In this document: positions 18,928 to 27,304 of the stretch, piece after piece
How the letters are laid out: each line of letters begins with the position of its first letter
Numbering within the stretch: position 1 is the stretch's first letter
From: a phage
DNA: 64,000 nt
Reading direction: 5' to 3' (one strand)
Sequence record: PZ452594.1
Made by a program: the position numbers and the translations under genes
The notes under the pieces: generated by a model
The model's input: only the letters and a program-made list of their open reading frames with translations
Database searches by the model: none
What the model was told of the DNA's origin: nothing

Positions 18928-19896
18928 TTATTTCAGAAGAGTAACCTCAGCGATTTCTTCCCAACCGTTTTTGTCGGTCATAATAAAGTCAGCAAGATAA
19001 AGAGCAGTACGCAGTGAAACATTACGTAAACGATTAACATTGACTTTCATCCATGATAATGCTTTATAAGTTTCTTCATCAGAAAGACCGCGCTTTTGCA
19101 TCATGTCAGTTGAAAGAATAACATCTTCAACCCTGACCATAATTTCTTCATTAGTGTGAACACCCAAATCCAAATAAACTGAGCGGGACACTAATGCTTG
19201 TAAATGTGGAGCAAGTTTAGTACCACGGTCTAATTCGCGGTCAATGTCAACGTTTGTGATAAAAACAATCGTTCCTTTAAATTCAAACTCACGCTCAATG
19301 CCTTTTTCTTCTAAGTAAGAAGATGCGGTGCTCCAGCAGACTTTACGGGTCTCTCCAGTGTCCAGAGCAGCTTTCAGAAGATTAAGAATGTCCATATCAG
19401 AGAAAACATCCACATCATCAATCAAAAGGACAGAATTCTCTTCACGATTATTCCAAAGCTGCTCATAAAGACCAATACCAGAGATTTTACCATTAATGCT
19501 TTTATATTCAATGTATCCAATATCATTTGCTTTATTTAAAGCTTTATCTAAAGAATACGTTTTACCAATACCTGCTGCACCAGAGATAATTAATGAACGA
19601 ATGTTTCCGTTAATAATACCATTCGTCATCATTCCCATAACATTAAATCTTTTATTAATGCGGGTTTTCATATCTTCATACGATTCTTTAACTTCTTCAA
19701 CTTTTACACCATCATATGAAATGTCTGATTTGTAAACCCAAACACCGCGACGTTTACCGTCAATTTCAACAAAAACTTTACCATCTCCTTGTGCATCTAC
19801 CGGAGCATTATCTGGGAACCATTCGCCTAAGAGCTCAAAAGTTCCAGAAATTTCTTTACCGAAGTAGATACCCTTATTGATAGTTACAGTTTTCAT
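18928..19896 (-). CDS. P-loop ATPase (AAA-like), function unknown
   Basis: Walker A GAAGIGKT and Walker B LLIDDVD. Confidence 0.6.
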   Translation of the reverse strand: MKTVTINKGIYFGKEISGTFELLGEWFPDNAPVDAQGDGKVFVEIDGKRRGVWVYKSDISYDGVKVEEVKESYEDMKTRINKRFNVMGMMTNGIINGNIRSLIISGAAGIGKTYSLDKALNKANDIGYIEYKSINGKISGIGLYEQLWNNREENSVLLIDDVDVFSDMDILNLLKAALDTGETRKVCWSTASSYLEEKGIEREFEFKGTIVFITNVDIDRELDRGTKLAPHLQALVSRSVYLDLGVHTNEEIMVRVEDVILSTDMMQKRGLSDEETYKALSWMKVNVNRLRNVSLRTALYLADFIMTDKNGWEEIAEVTLLK

Positions 19897-19953
19897 TTTA
19901 TTCTCCTTTGATTTGATAGGACTACTATAACATAGTCCTATCAGTTTGTATAC

Positions 19954-20154
19954 TTATTTTGACATTTCTTCGATGTCACGACGATACCCGTCACGAACTT
20001 CACGAAGAGCTTCAAGGCCACACATAGGCTCGATACCAGTAATGTGAACTTGATTAATCTGATACTCTACATCTTCTAACTGAGCGAAAACATAACGACG
20101 TTCAGCTGCACAACCAGATTTAGCTTTACCGAAACGTTTATTCAAAGTAGTCAT
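19954..20154 (-). CDS. Hypothetical protein (66 aa)
   Basis: ORF downstream of early promoter. Confidence 0.4.
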   Translation of the reverse strand: MTTLNKRFGKAKSGCAAERRYVFAQLEDVEYQINQVHITGIEPMCGLEALREVRDGYRRDIEEMSK

Positions 20155-20192
20155 TTTGTATCTCCAATTTACTCATTTGTTTTGATAGTTGT

Positions 20193-20222
20193 ATAGTACC
20201 ATAAAGCTTTATGCTTGTAAAC
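20193..20222 (-). promoter_or_regulatory. T4-type early promoter
   Basis: GTTTAC-N18-TACTAT on minus strand. Confidence 0.5.
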
Positions 20223-20242
20223 AGTTTTGTGAAAAAATTTTT

Positions 20243-20271
20243 GAAATAAAAAAGGGAGCCCGAAGGCTCCC
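20243..20271 (-). terminator. Rho-independent terminator (UUCG hairpin + T6)
   Basis: GGGAGCC-TTCG-GGCTCCC then TTTTTT on minus strand. Confidence 0.6.
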
Positions 20272-20273
20272 TA

Positions 20274-21287
20274 TCATTTATAATAACTTCGGTGGTTTTC
20301 AAGATAGACCTTCTCAAGGAAGTCATCCCAGAAACTCATGTCTACTTTTTGCTGCATACCGTTCTTAGAAGCTTCAGTAGATGCTGCTTCTACTTGATCA
20401 ACCACATCTTCCAAAAACTCTTGAACTGTTTTAAATGGATGTTTACCCAACTTCACGTCGAGAATAAATGGAGCATCTTGGAGTGGATAAATCAAGTCGC
20501 CAGTTTTGTAAATTTCCAATAGTTGAAGTCCACCACGACAAGCATGACTTAGTGCTTTCCAATCAATACCTTCATTAGCTTCGGCTTTACGAGCACGTTC
20601 ACCATATTCAGCATCTAATTTGTTCAGTGACTGCTTAAGCTCAATAAGAGAAAGTGTTGTCTGATATTTACGACCCAACACAGTGTAGAACGTTTGCGGG
20701 CCTGTTTTCTCGTGATTATGGAACACCCATTCACAGAATTCGTTTTCTGGAAGACGATGCTTAATATCTTCAACTTTAGTGCGACGCTGCTTAATAGAAC
20801 CATCTTCTTGGTAATCAATCCACTGCTCAGGAATTTGATTAACTACTTTCAATACATCACGTAATGCAGCCAAACGAGAACCCTTGACACCGTATTTAGA
20901 AGCTTGCTTGCGAACATATCCTAAATAGGATTTCATGTTAGTCGTATAAAAACGAGAACGGTTGTCTTGAATAAACTTCCACACGTCAGGCAAATCAGAT
21001 TTAACCACTAGTTCAGGTGGAGTGTGAAGCATATCCAATGCTACAGTTTCACCATCTGCTGCTAATTTAAAGAAATATTTAAGACTGTATAGTTCATGGT
21101 CAATATCATCTTTAGTGTTTTTAGATGATGTGTTGTTGGTATTTTTACTCATATGCTCTTTAACATTTCCGATAAGAATATCGCGAGCAGGAGGAACAAA
21201 GATTTCTTTAAAATCTACATCAGATTCTGGGGTAGAAGTTCCATAAAGATGACTACCAAAATAGCTTTTCATTACTGTTTTCATCAT
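20274..21287 (-). CDS. Predicted nucleotidyltransferase (Pol-beta-like fold), function unknown
   Basis: N-terminal GSHLYGTSTPESDVDF (GS...D.D NTase signature). Confidence 0.5.
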   Translation of the reverse strand: MMKTVMKSYFGSHLYGTSTPESDVDFKEIFVPPARDILIGNVKEHMSKNTNNTSSKNTKDDIDHELYSLKYFFKLAADGETVALDMLHTPPELVVKSDLPDVWKFIQDNRSRFYTTNMKSYLGYVRKQASKYGVKGSRLAALRDVLKVVNQIPEQWIDYQEDGSIKQRRTKVEDIKHRLPENEFCEWVFHNHEKTGPQTFYTVLGRKYQTTLSLIELKQSLNKLDAEYGERARKAEANEGIDWKALSHACRGGLQLLEIYKTGDLIYPLQDAPFILDVKLGKHPFKTVQEFLEDVVDQVEAASTEASKNGMQQKVDMSFWDDFLEKVYLENHRSYYK

Positions 21288-21745
21288 TCAGCCTTATATT
21301 CAATAACAGGACATACTTTAGCTTTACGCGCTTTTAAAAATTCAACGATAACCGATTTCTTGGGTTGAATAGGAGGTAAACCTTTATACGCCCTATCAAT
21401 ATTTTCTACGTGTAAAGCATAATCCTTTTTCCATTTATAATCTTTATATTTTTCACGCAAATGTGCAGGAATAACAAATGAACCGATAATAAGTAAAACA
21501 ACCAAAATCGCAAGTATAAATGCTGATGGAAGCAAAGTCCATAAACTACCAAAAATAATCCAACGCTGTAGGCTTTCTGCACAAATAATTGTTAGCCCTA
21601 CGAGTATAGCACATCCAAAAATAGAAACGAAAAATGTAGGAATGGCAATAGACCAAAAATATGCGCATAGTGTCTTAGGTCGTTGCCATTCATCGTTAAA
21701 CAATTTGAATAATTTATAGTGCCAAGAGTTTTCATTAATAATCAT
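21284..21745 (-). CDS. Integral membrane protein (153 aa)
   Basis: Multiple hydrophobic helices. Confidence 0.5.
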   Translation of the reverse strand: MIINENSWHYKLFKLFNDEWQRPKTLCAYFWSIAIPTFFVSIFGCAILVGLTIICAESLQRWIIFGSLWTLLPSAFILAILVVLLIIGSFVIPAHLREKYKDYKWKKDYALHVENIDRAYKGLPPIQPKKSVIVEFLKARKAKVCPVIEYKAE

Positions 21746-21747
21746 AA

Positions 21748-22269
21748 TTATACTTTCATTGAAGGTGTAACAGTTGTTAAATACTTAATCATAGCTTCAG
21801 CTTCTGATTTTGATAATGAAATTTCTCCACTGTTTTGACGAATAGAAATAAAATCCGGATGACGGTCACCACCAGCTTTTAAAACACACATATAAGTATC
21901 AACTTCGCCTTCAATATTTGAAATGATTGAAGCAGTTCCACATGAATGCGGTTTTTGATAAATCAACACAGCTTTTCTTCCGCCATTTGACTGTTCATAG
22001 GCTTTTAATACATCAAACAAATCAGTTCTTTTATCAATAGCTAAAATGTTATTTTCATCTTCAATGTTAAATCCTTCGGATACTTCATAAAGTGTTACCC
22101 ATAAATCACCAATGTCAATAACAGCATTTACTTTTCCACGGCTTTCAAGAGTATGACAAATTTTCTTGATTTCGTCATAACTCATTTTAATAATATCATC
22201 TCCTTGACTAAGAAAGATGTCATTTTTAAATTCAACACGAATTAAACCGCTTTCACTTGAAATAAACAT
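21748..22269 (-). CDS. Hypothetical protein (173 aa); paralog of 22276-22818
   Basis: Shared C-terminal motif (SKSEAEAMIKYLTTVTPSM vs TKDEAIALKTYLDSVIPTM). Confidence 0.5.
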   Translation of the reverse strand: MFISSESGLIRVEFKNDIFLSQGDDIIKMSYDEIKKICHTLESRGKVNAVIDIGDLWVTLYEVSEGFNIEDENNILAIDKRTDLFDVLKAYEQSNGGRKAVLIYQKPHSCGTASIISNIEGEVDTYMCVLKAGGDRHPDFISIRQNSGEISLSKSEAEAMIKYLTTVTPSMKV

Positions 22270-22275
22270 ATTTCC

Positions 22276-22818
22276 TCACTTTGAAATCATAGTTGGAATA
22301 ACAGAATCAAGATAAGTCTTTAGTGCAATAGCTTCGTCTTTGGTAAATGTGACAATATGTGCTCGAGAATCATCAATTTGGCGAACAAGTACGACATCGC
22401 CATCTTCATAAGAAGTCTTGACATCCAAAGTCGTAGTATAATTTGCAGCTACTGGATTAATAATGCTAGCACCGCGATCTTTAGCCCATTGAAGTTTAGC
22501 CTTTTCGGGTGTTTCGACTGTTTCAGATTCCAAGAATTCTTTCACCTTGGCAACGAATGTTGCCCAATTGTTGATAGAAAGACACATAAATTCAGTTTCA
22601 ATATTACCGCCGTAAAGGCCACGATAAAAACGAACTTGGAGGTCGCCTGTAATATTAGTTACACCGGTAACTCCTGAGGGAGCATAAGATAAAATCGCAG
22701 CCAGTTCCATAGGAAGAATAGTAATACTATCGTCTTCCTGCGTCAGAACGTATACATTATCACGTTTTTCGATAACCAGGTCACCGAACAAATCAGTTGT
22801 TTCAATTACAGCTTTCAT
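22276..22818 (-). CDS. Hypothetical protein (about 180 aa); paralog of 21748-22269
   Basis: ATG at 22816-22818 (track M1 is TTG). Confidence 0.5.
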   Translation of the reverse strand: MKAVIETTDLFGDLVIEKRDNVYVLTQEDDSITILPMELAAILSYAPSGVTGVTNITGDLQVRFYRGLYGGNIETEFMCLSINNWATFVAKVKEFLESETVETPEKAKLQWAKDRGASIINPVAANYTTTLDVKTSYEDGDVVLVRQIDDSRAHIVTFTKDEAIALKTYLDSVIPTMISK

Positions 22819-22819
22819 A

Positions 22820-23005
22820 TTATTTACCAATTAAAGTTTCAATATAAGAATCAAGATTTACTTTAGCTTCTTCCATAAGAGTTTTGTATTTAATCTTGTT
22901 AGCATGTCCGGAGAAAGCTGATTCATCAATAATTGTTGATGTATGAACAGCTCTACTATACGTCTCAATTAATTCTCTTAATTTAAAAGCCTGCTCACTC
23001 GTCAT
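22820..23005 (-). CDS. Small two-helix protein, member of paralogous family (61 aa)
   Basis: M-x-S/T-x-EQ N-terminus and L-x-x-Y-I/L-E-x-L C-terminus shared with 5+ neighbours. Confidence 0.45.
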   Translation of the reverse strand: MTSEQAFKLRELIETYSRAVHTSTIIDESAFSGHANKIKYKTLMEEAKVNLDSYIETLIGK

Positions 23006-23137
23006 TACATACTCCTTTGAATAATATCAATAATGTTATTCACCAAATTATAAGTAAACATTGGGTAATTATATTGAATCATCACATACACAACAAACAA
23101 AACTTTCATTCTCTTCTCCTTGGCAGTTGACAAGATT

Positions 23138-23167
23138 ACTATACCATAACCTTGCCAACTTGTAAAC
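23138..23167 (-). promoter_or_regulatory. T4-type early promoter
   Basis: GTTTAC-N18-TATAGT on minus strand. Confidence 0.5.
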
Positions 23168-23169
23168 CA

Positions 23170-23343
23170 TTAAATGACGTTTTCAATAAAATTCTGAAGC
23201 TTTGTGTGAGCATCAACCATGATTTTCAATTCTTCTTTGGCGAAAGCTATACCTCTTTCCCGAGAAGAACACTCATAGTCAGAAACTGCATTAGCATATT
23301 CTTCAATTAGCTTCATTAAAAACATCTGCTTTTCAGTTTTCAT
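23170..23343 (-). CDS. Small protein (57 aa), probable member of the small paralog family; below ORF-track size cutoff
   Basis: Translated by eye: MKTEKQMFLMKLIEEY...TKLQNFIENVI. Confidence 0.35.
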   Translation of the reverse strand: MKTEKQMFLMKLIEEYANAVSDYECSSRERGIAFAKEELKIMVDAHTKLQNFIENVI

Positions 23344-23527
23344 TATTCCACCTAATCATTTCAAGATATTGAACTAACTTAGCTTTGGATTTATCCAAAT
23401 CCTTTTTAGCTGCTTCTATACCGTCGTATGAATATCCTTCACAATGCTCAACTGCTAATTGGTATGAATCTATTTCAATATCACGTGCTAATTTAATGAT
23501 TTTTTCAAACTGTTCACGTGTTAGCAT
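23333..23527 (-). CDS. Small two-helix protein, paralog family (64 aa)
   Basis: MLTREQFEKIIKL...KLVQYLEMI. Confidence 0.45.
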   Translation of the reverse strand: MLTREQFEKIIKLARDIEIDSYQLAVEHCEGYSYDGIEAAKKDLDKSKAKLVQYLEMIRWNNEN

Positions 23528-23529
23528 AC

Positions 23530-23733
23530 TTAAACTCTCGTATTATGATCGATAATTTCATCAAGAAACATATCTAACGCTTCTAAAGCATTATCAACTT
23601 TAGCTTCAAGTTCATCAATGCCTTTATTTGCAATGCCTGACGAAAACCAAGCAAAGTCACTAAGTTCCTCGTCTGCTTTACGAATTAAAGCTACCAATTC
23701 TTTAATCTTATCCGCTTGTTCGATACTAATCAT
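23530..23733 (-). CDS. Small two-helix protein, paralog family (about 67 aa)
   Basis: Start at [13 protein letters not shown] (TAATG overlap with upstream stop). Confidence 0.4.
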   Translation of the reverse strand: MISIEQADKIKELVALIRKADEELSDFAWFSSGIANKGIDELEAKVDNALEALDMFLDEIIDHNTRV

Positions 23734-23966
23734 TATTCCACCACATATGAAAGAGAGAATATTGCACACGCCATGTGAGTTGCAACTTCATCACACATAT
23801 TATAACGTTTCTTAAGAAGTTCTACAAGTTCTTCACTAGTAACTTCATCCATGTCGACGAAAAAATCACCATTAATGATGACGTAGATATTTCCTTCTTG
23901 ATTGAGTGCTTCAATTTTCATGATGTTCTCCTCTTTATCCGATAGTTGTATAGTATCACAGCTCAA
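23733..23966 (-). CDS. Hypothetical protein (77 aa)
   Basis: ORF downstream of early promoter. Confidence 0.4.
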
Positions 23967-23979
23967 ACGGAAAGTAAAC
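23950..23979 (-). promoter_or_regulatory. T4-type early promoter
   Basis: GTTTAC-N18-TACTAT on minus strand. Confidence 0.5.
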
Positions 23980-23985
23980 CGGTAA

Positions 23986-24012
23986 AATGAAAAAAGTCTC
24001 CCGAAGGAGACT
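23986..24012 (-). terminator. Rho-independent terminator (UUCG hairpin + T tract)
   Basis: AGTCTCC-TTCG-GGAGACT then TTTTTT on minus strand. Confidence 0.6.
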
Positions 24013-24016
24013 AATG

Positions 24017-24403
24017 TTATTCGAGGGAAAGAAGATACTTACTCTGGTAAAACATTCCAGTAATATCATCTATCGTGCTTTGGATGGCTGGAGGCATTTC
24101 TTTATAAATGCTGTTAGATTGGTCTAGTATGCGATCAATCATTTTAATTGTGTCGGTAGGAAGTTTACTGGCATCTGGAATTGAAGGTGTGTATTTTCTA
24201 CCAGAATACCCCAAATATTGCTCACCAAATTTATCAATCAAATCTGGCAACTCGGAGAAAATAAAATCGTATGCTTTATGTCTAGCATAACTTTTAGTTT
24301 CAAAATGTGCAGAATGAAAATAAGCTTGTGCAGCCATTAATAAACCTAAGTATTCATCTGCCTTTGAAGGTTTTCCACTTTGTGAAAAGTCGCTGAATTT
24401 CAT
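24017..24403 (-). CDS. Hypothetical protein (128 aa) downstream of rI
   Basis: ORF; ATGA-type overlap with rI. Confidence 0.5.
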
Positions 24404-24693
24404 TCAGTCTCCAATTTAATGTTCATAATTCTAGCGTATGATTGTGCCATCTCCGCGCCTCGTTCTATACATTCAAAATCAGAAGAGCACGGGTCATTTT
24501 TATAGGTCGTTCTCATAAAACTATAGAATTGTTCAGACGATTCTACGCTTTTATTTTCAAAAAGCATATAAACGTGCCTAATACCAGATTCCATAAATTT
24601 ATCAAAATGAGAATCGACATTCGCTTCAATTGATGGAGATAAAACAAATGACAATCCTAGCATGGCAAAAAGTGCCGTTGCTTTTAAGGCCAT
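24400..24693 (-). CDS. rI: Lysis-inhibition regulator RI (antiholin), signal-anchored periplasmic protein
   Basis: 97 aa, N-terminal signal MALKATALFAMLGLSFVLSPSIEA; matches T4 RI as recalled. Confidence 0.8.
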   Translation of the reverse strand: MALKATALFAMLGLSFVLSPSIEANVDSHFDKFMESGIRHVYMLFENKSVESSEQFYSFMRTTYKNDPCSSDFECIERGAEMAQSYARIMNIKLETE

Positions 24694-24705
24694 AAAGGCC
24701 TCCTA

Positions 24706-24918
24706 TCATTTTTGTCCTGTATTTACTTTATGCCGGTGCACGGCCTTAACTTTATCAAAGTATTTTTCAAAATTTCGCAATCTAGTATAGTCTGCCGGAG
24801 ATTGGTTGAGCGATACTTCTCGACGCAAAGCTGAAATGATATTTCCAACTTCCCTACGAATTTCATCTAATTGAAGAACAGTAAGATTGCGAAGTTGCTT
24901 TTCAGTTAATTGTAGCAT
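24706..24918 (-). CDS. Small protein (70 aa), probable paralog-family member
   Basis: [13 protein letters not shown]-terminus. Confidence 0.45.
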   Translation of the reverse strand: MLQLTEKQLRNLTVLQLDEIRREVGNIISALRREVSLNQSPADYTRLRNFEKYFDKVKAVHRHKVNTGQK

Positions 24919-24960
24919 ATATACCCCTTTAGTTAGATAAACCTATTTATAACTTTTGCA

Positions 24961-25542
24961 CTAACCAAGCTTTTTAGTTAATTCATTCCAATGTTTTCTA
25001 CACAAAGAAACATAAATTTCATCACCAATACAGATTTGATTACCTTCTTTAACTGGTGTTCCATCTTCCATTAATCGAGCTGTCATAATCGCTTTTTTAC
25101 CGCAATGACAAACTGCTTTTAGTTCAATAAGTTTATCTGCAATCGCTAAAAGTTCTTTAGAACCTTCAAACAATTTTCCAGCGAAATCAGTCCTTAATCC
25201 ATAAGCCATAACAGGAACATTATATGTATCAACAATTCGGCTCAATTGATGCACTTGTTCAGTTTTTAAAAACTGGGCTTCATCTACAAATACGCAATGA
25301 ATATCTTTTTGTGCTTCAGCCCATTTATAGAACTCGAAAATATCCATATCATCTGTGATAATATTCGCTTCCTGTTTAATTCCAATGCGAGAAACGACTT
25401 CACAGACAGAGTCGCGAGTATCAATAGCAGGCTTAAGAACTAATACACTCATTCCACGTTCTTTATAATTATGTGCAGCAGTCAAAAGAGAAGCAGATTT
25501 TCCAGCATTCATTGCTGCATAAGTAAAAATTAAACTCGCCAT
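24961..25542 (-). CDS. tk: Thymidine kinase
   Basis: 193 aa; P-loop AAMNAGKS; zinc-ribbon CHCGKK...C. Confidence 0.95.
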   Translation of the reverse strand: MASLIFTYAAMNAGKSASLLTAAHNYKERGMSVLVLKPAIDTRDSVCEVVSRIGIKQEANIITDDMDIFEFYKWAEAQKDIHCVFVDEAQFLKTEQVHQLSRIVDTYNVPVMAYGLRTDFAGKLFEGSKELLAIADKLIELKAVCHCGKKAIMTARLMEDGTPVKEGNQICIGDEIYVSLCRKHWNELTKKLG

Positions 25543-25543
25543 T

Positions 25544-25732
25544 TTAGTCCTTAGTTAAATTTTCTAAATATGTTTCTAAATCATTTTCAGCTTTATCGAT
25601 AGATTTTACTAATTCGTAATATGTTTCGGCATCTCCATAATCAGAAGATAATTCAAAAGACAAATCCTTTTCTAAACTAATAATTTCACCAACTAAAAAT
25701 AATATTTCGTTCTTTTGTTCGCGAGTAATCAT
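25544..25732 (-). CDS. Small two-helix protein, paralog family (62 aa)
   Basis: MITREQKNEILFL...DLETYLENL. Confidence 0.45.
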   Translation of the reverse strand: MITREQKNEILFLVGEIISLEKDLSFELSSDYGDAETYYELVKSIDKAENDLETYLENLTKD

Positions 25733-25914
25733 AAAGAATTTATATAATCAATGAGTTCTTGTTCTTTATTATCGAATTCTTTAGAAAGTTCTTCGTATTC
25801 ATTTGCATTAAAAGGACCGCATTCATCACAAACTTTTTCCAATTCACTGTTTTTATCCATAACTTCGTGGATAAGAGAAAAGAGTTTGTCTTTTTGTTCT
25901 TTGCTTAAACTCAT
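25729..25914 (-). CDS. Small two-helix protein, paralog family (61 aa)
   Basis: MSLSKEQKDKLFSL...ELIDYINSL. Confidence 0.45.
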   Translation of the reverse strand: MSLSKEQKDKLFSLIHEVMDKNSELEKVCDECGPFNANEYEELSKEFDNKEQELIDYINSL

Positions 25915-26084
25915 ATATTAATTTCCAAAAGTTTTAAAATAATTCGCTTTTGCTTAAATATTTCCACAGTTAAATGATCAGTATCTTTTTGACCAATTCC
26001 AATGGCAAAACCTTTATTAACAGCGAGTTCAATTAAATTATCAAGTTCACGTAACACTTCATATTGTAACTCAGAACTATTCAT
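25911..26084 (-). CDS. Small protein (57 aa), below ORF-track cutoff
   Basis: Translated by eye: MNSSELQYEVLRELDNLIEL...; ATGA coupling at both ends. Confidence 0.35.
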   Translation of the reverse strand: MNSSELQYEVLRELDNLIELAVNKGFAIGIGQKDTDHLTVEIFKQKRIILKLLEINI

Positions 26085-26293
26085 TTCGGTTTACCTTCTT
26101 TAACGAAATCTGGATAAGGATAAAATCCCGAATAAAATCCTTCACCTTTATGATTGATGCATCCTTTATTAGAACAATAGCACCAATAATCGAAATCACA
26201 AGCCATTTCATCGTTGCATAAAGCAAAAACAACCGGCCATTTACACTTTTCACAGTGGGCATTTTTAAGAATACTAGTTTGGCTCATAACCAT
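26081..26293 (-). CDS. Cysteine-rich small protein (70 aa), probable zinc binding
   Basis: Ten cysteines incl. CEKCKW and CYCSNKGC. Confidence 0.45.
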   Translation of the reverse strand: MVMSQTSILKNAHCEKCKWPVVFALCNDEMACDFDYWCYCSNKGCINHKGEGFYSGFYPYPDFVKEGKPK

Positions 26294-26511
26294 GTCACCT
26301 TTAAGCAGTATTCTTCTACATGCTGTTTACGACCTTTCTTATCAATAAAGGTATATTCAACGAATGTTCCAATGTAGTCTTTATCTACATCATGTGGACT
26401 ATTAATTGGACATTTAGTACGGCAAATGCGTTCCCATTGACGAATAATTACTGCCTTATTCTTTGGGTCATACGGATGTGGATAATGTATATTCATAATA
26501 ACGGTTCCCAA
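26284..26511 (-). CDS. Hypothetical protein (75 aa)
   Basis: ORF. Confidence 0.45.
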   Translation of the reverse strand: MGTVIMNIHYPHPYDPKNKAVIIRQWERICRTKCPINSPHDVDKDYIGTFVEYTFIDKKGRKQHVEEYCLKVTWL

Positions 26512-26960
26512 TCAACAATCACAATTTCTAATTTAGAGGAATATGTATCTAAAATCCCCTCAATAATATCCCAGTTCCCTTTACCTATGCCTGCACCAAT
26601 CCTAGGCATATAGATTGTAGGTTTAATCAGTTTATTTTCACCAAACTCATTTAATTCTAACATACAATTCATTAAAGCGGAATACTCAAAATTTGGCCCT
26701 GGTTGAAATTGAGTATAAAGGTTGAAGCAATACGCTTTATGAGTCCTAAAGTATTTTTCATAGACTGAGTAAGAACCGAGTTTAGTTACATCACCCCATT
26801 CAGTCTGTAATTTATCAGCTTCCAAAATTTTAGGGAAAGCTTTGGTTAATTGACCTGCGACTCCAGCTTTCATCGCGTGAAAACAATTACATCCATGCGC
26901 AATATTTTTACCTTCAGCGAAAAGGGCGACAATATCGCCCTTGATATATTTTACAATCAT
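26493..26960 (-). CDS. Macro-domain-like protein (candidate ADP-ribose binding/hydrolase)
   Basis: KGDIVALFAEGKNIAHGCNCFHAMKAGVAGQL and MPRIGAGIGKG resemble macro-domain motifs; by-eye only. Confidence 0.35.
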   Translation of the reverse strand: MIVKYIKGDIVALFAEGKNIAHGCNCFHAMKAGVAGQLTKAFPKILEADKLQTEWGDVTKLGSYSVYEKYFRTHKAYCFNLYTQFQPGPNFEYSALMNCMLELNEFGENKLIKPTIYMPRIGAGIGKGNWDIIEGILDTYSSKLEIVIVDWEPLL

Positions 26961-27304
26961 CTAGTACTCAATCCTCGATTATAAGAATCTACCAAACGGT
27001 CAACCATTGAATGACAAGCGGCTTTATCTTTCTCCTCCGCAACTGAACATTCTAAGGTATTCCACTTTTTAGCATATCGTTTTAATAATGTATCGTTTTT
27101 GTATCTACTTGATTTATCTCTTTCTCCGTCTTTATATGCATATATTAATTTCTGTGCAAATTCAGCTTGACATGCTTTATTTTTCCCACAATAATCTGCC
27201 GCAGTGCGGTTTACATATTCTCTAATTTCAGTATATGATGTATCTGCTGATGCAGAAGCAGAAAATGAAATTAATCCTATACATAAAACCAAAATTTTAG
27301 TCAT
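26957..27304 (-). CDS. Secreted small protein (115 aa); occupies the T4 vs position
   Basis: Signal peptide MTKILVLCIGLISFSASASA. Confidence 0.5.
   Translation of the reverse strand: MTKILVLCIGLISFSASASADTSYTEIREYVNRTAADYCGKNKACQAEFAQKLIYAYKDGERDKSSRYKNDTLLKRYAKKWNTLECSVAEEKDKAACHSMVDRLVDSYNRGLSTR

Noticed and set aside
20138-20326. 62-aa minus-strand ORF spanning the NTase stop, a terminator hairpin and an early promoter
   Set aside because: It is built from regulatory sequence (hairpin plus promoter) rather than coding sequence and overlaps the end of the NTase gene in another frame.
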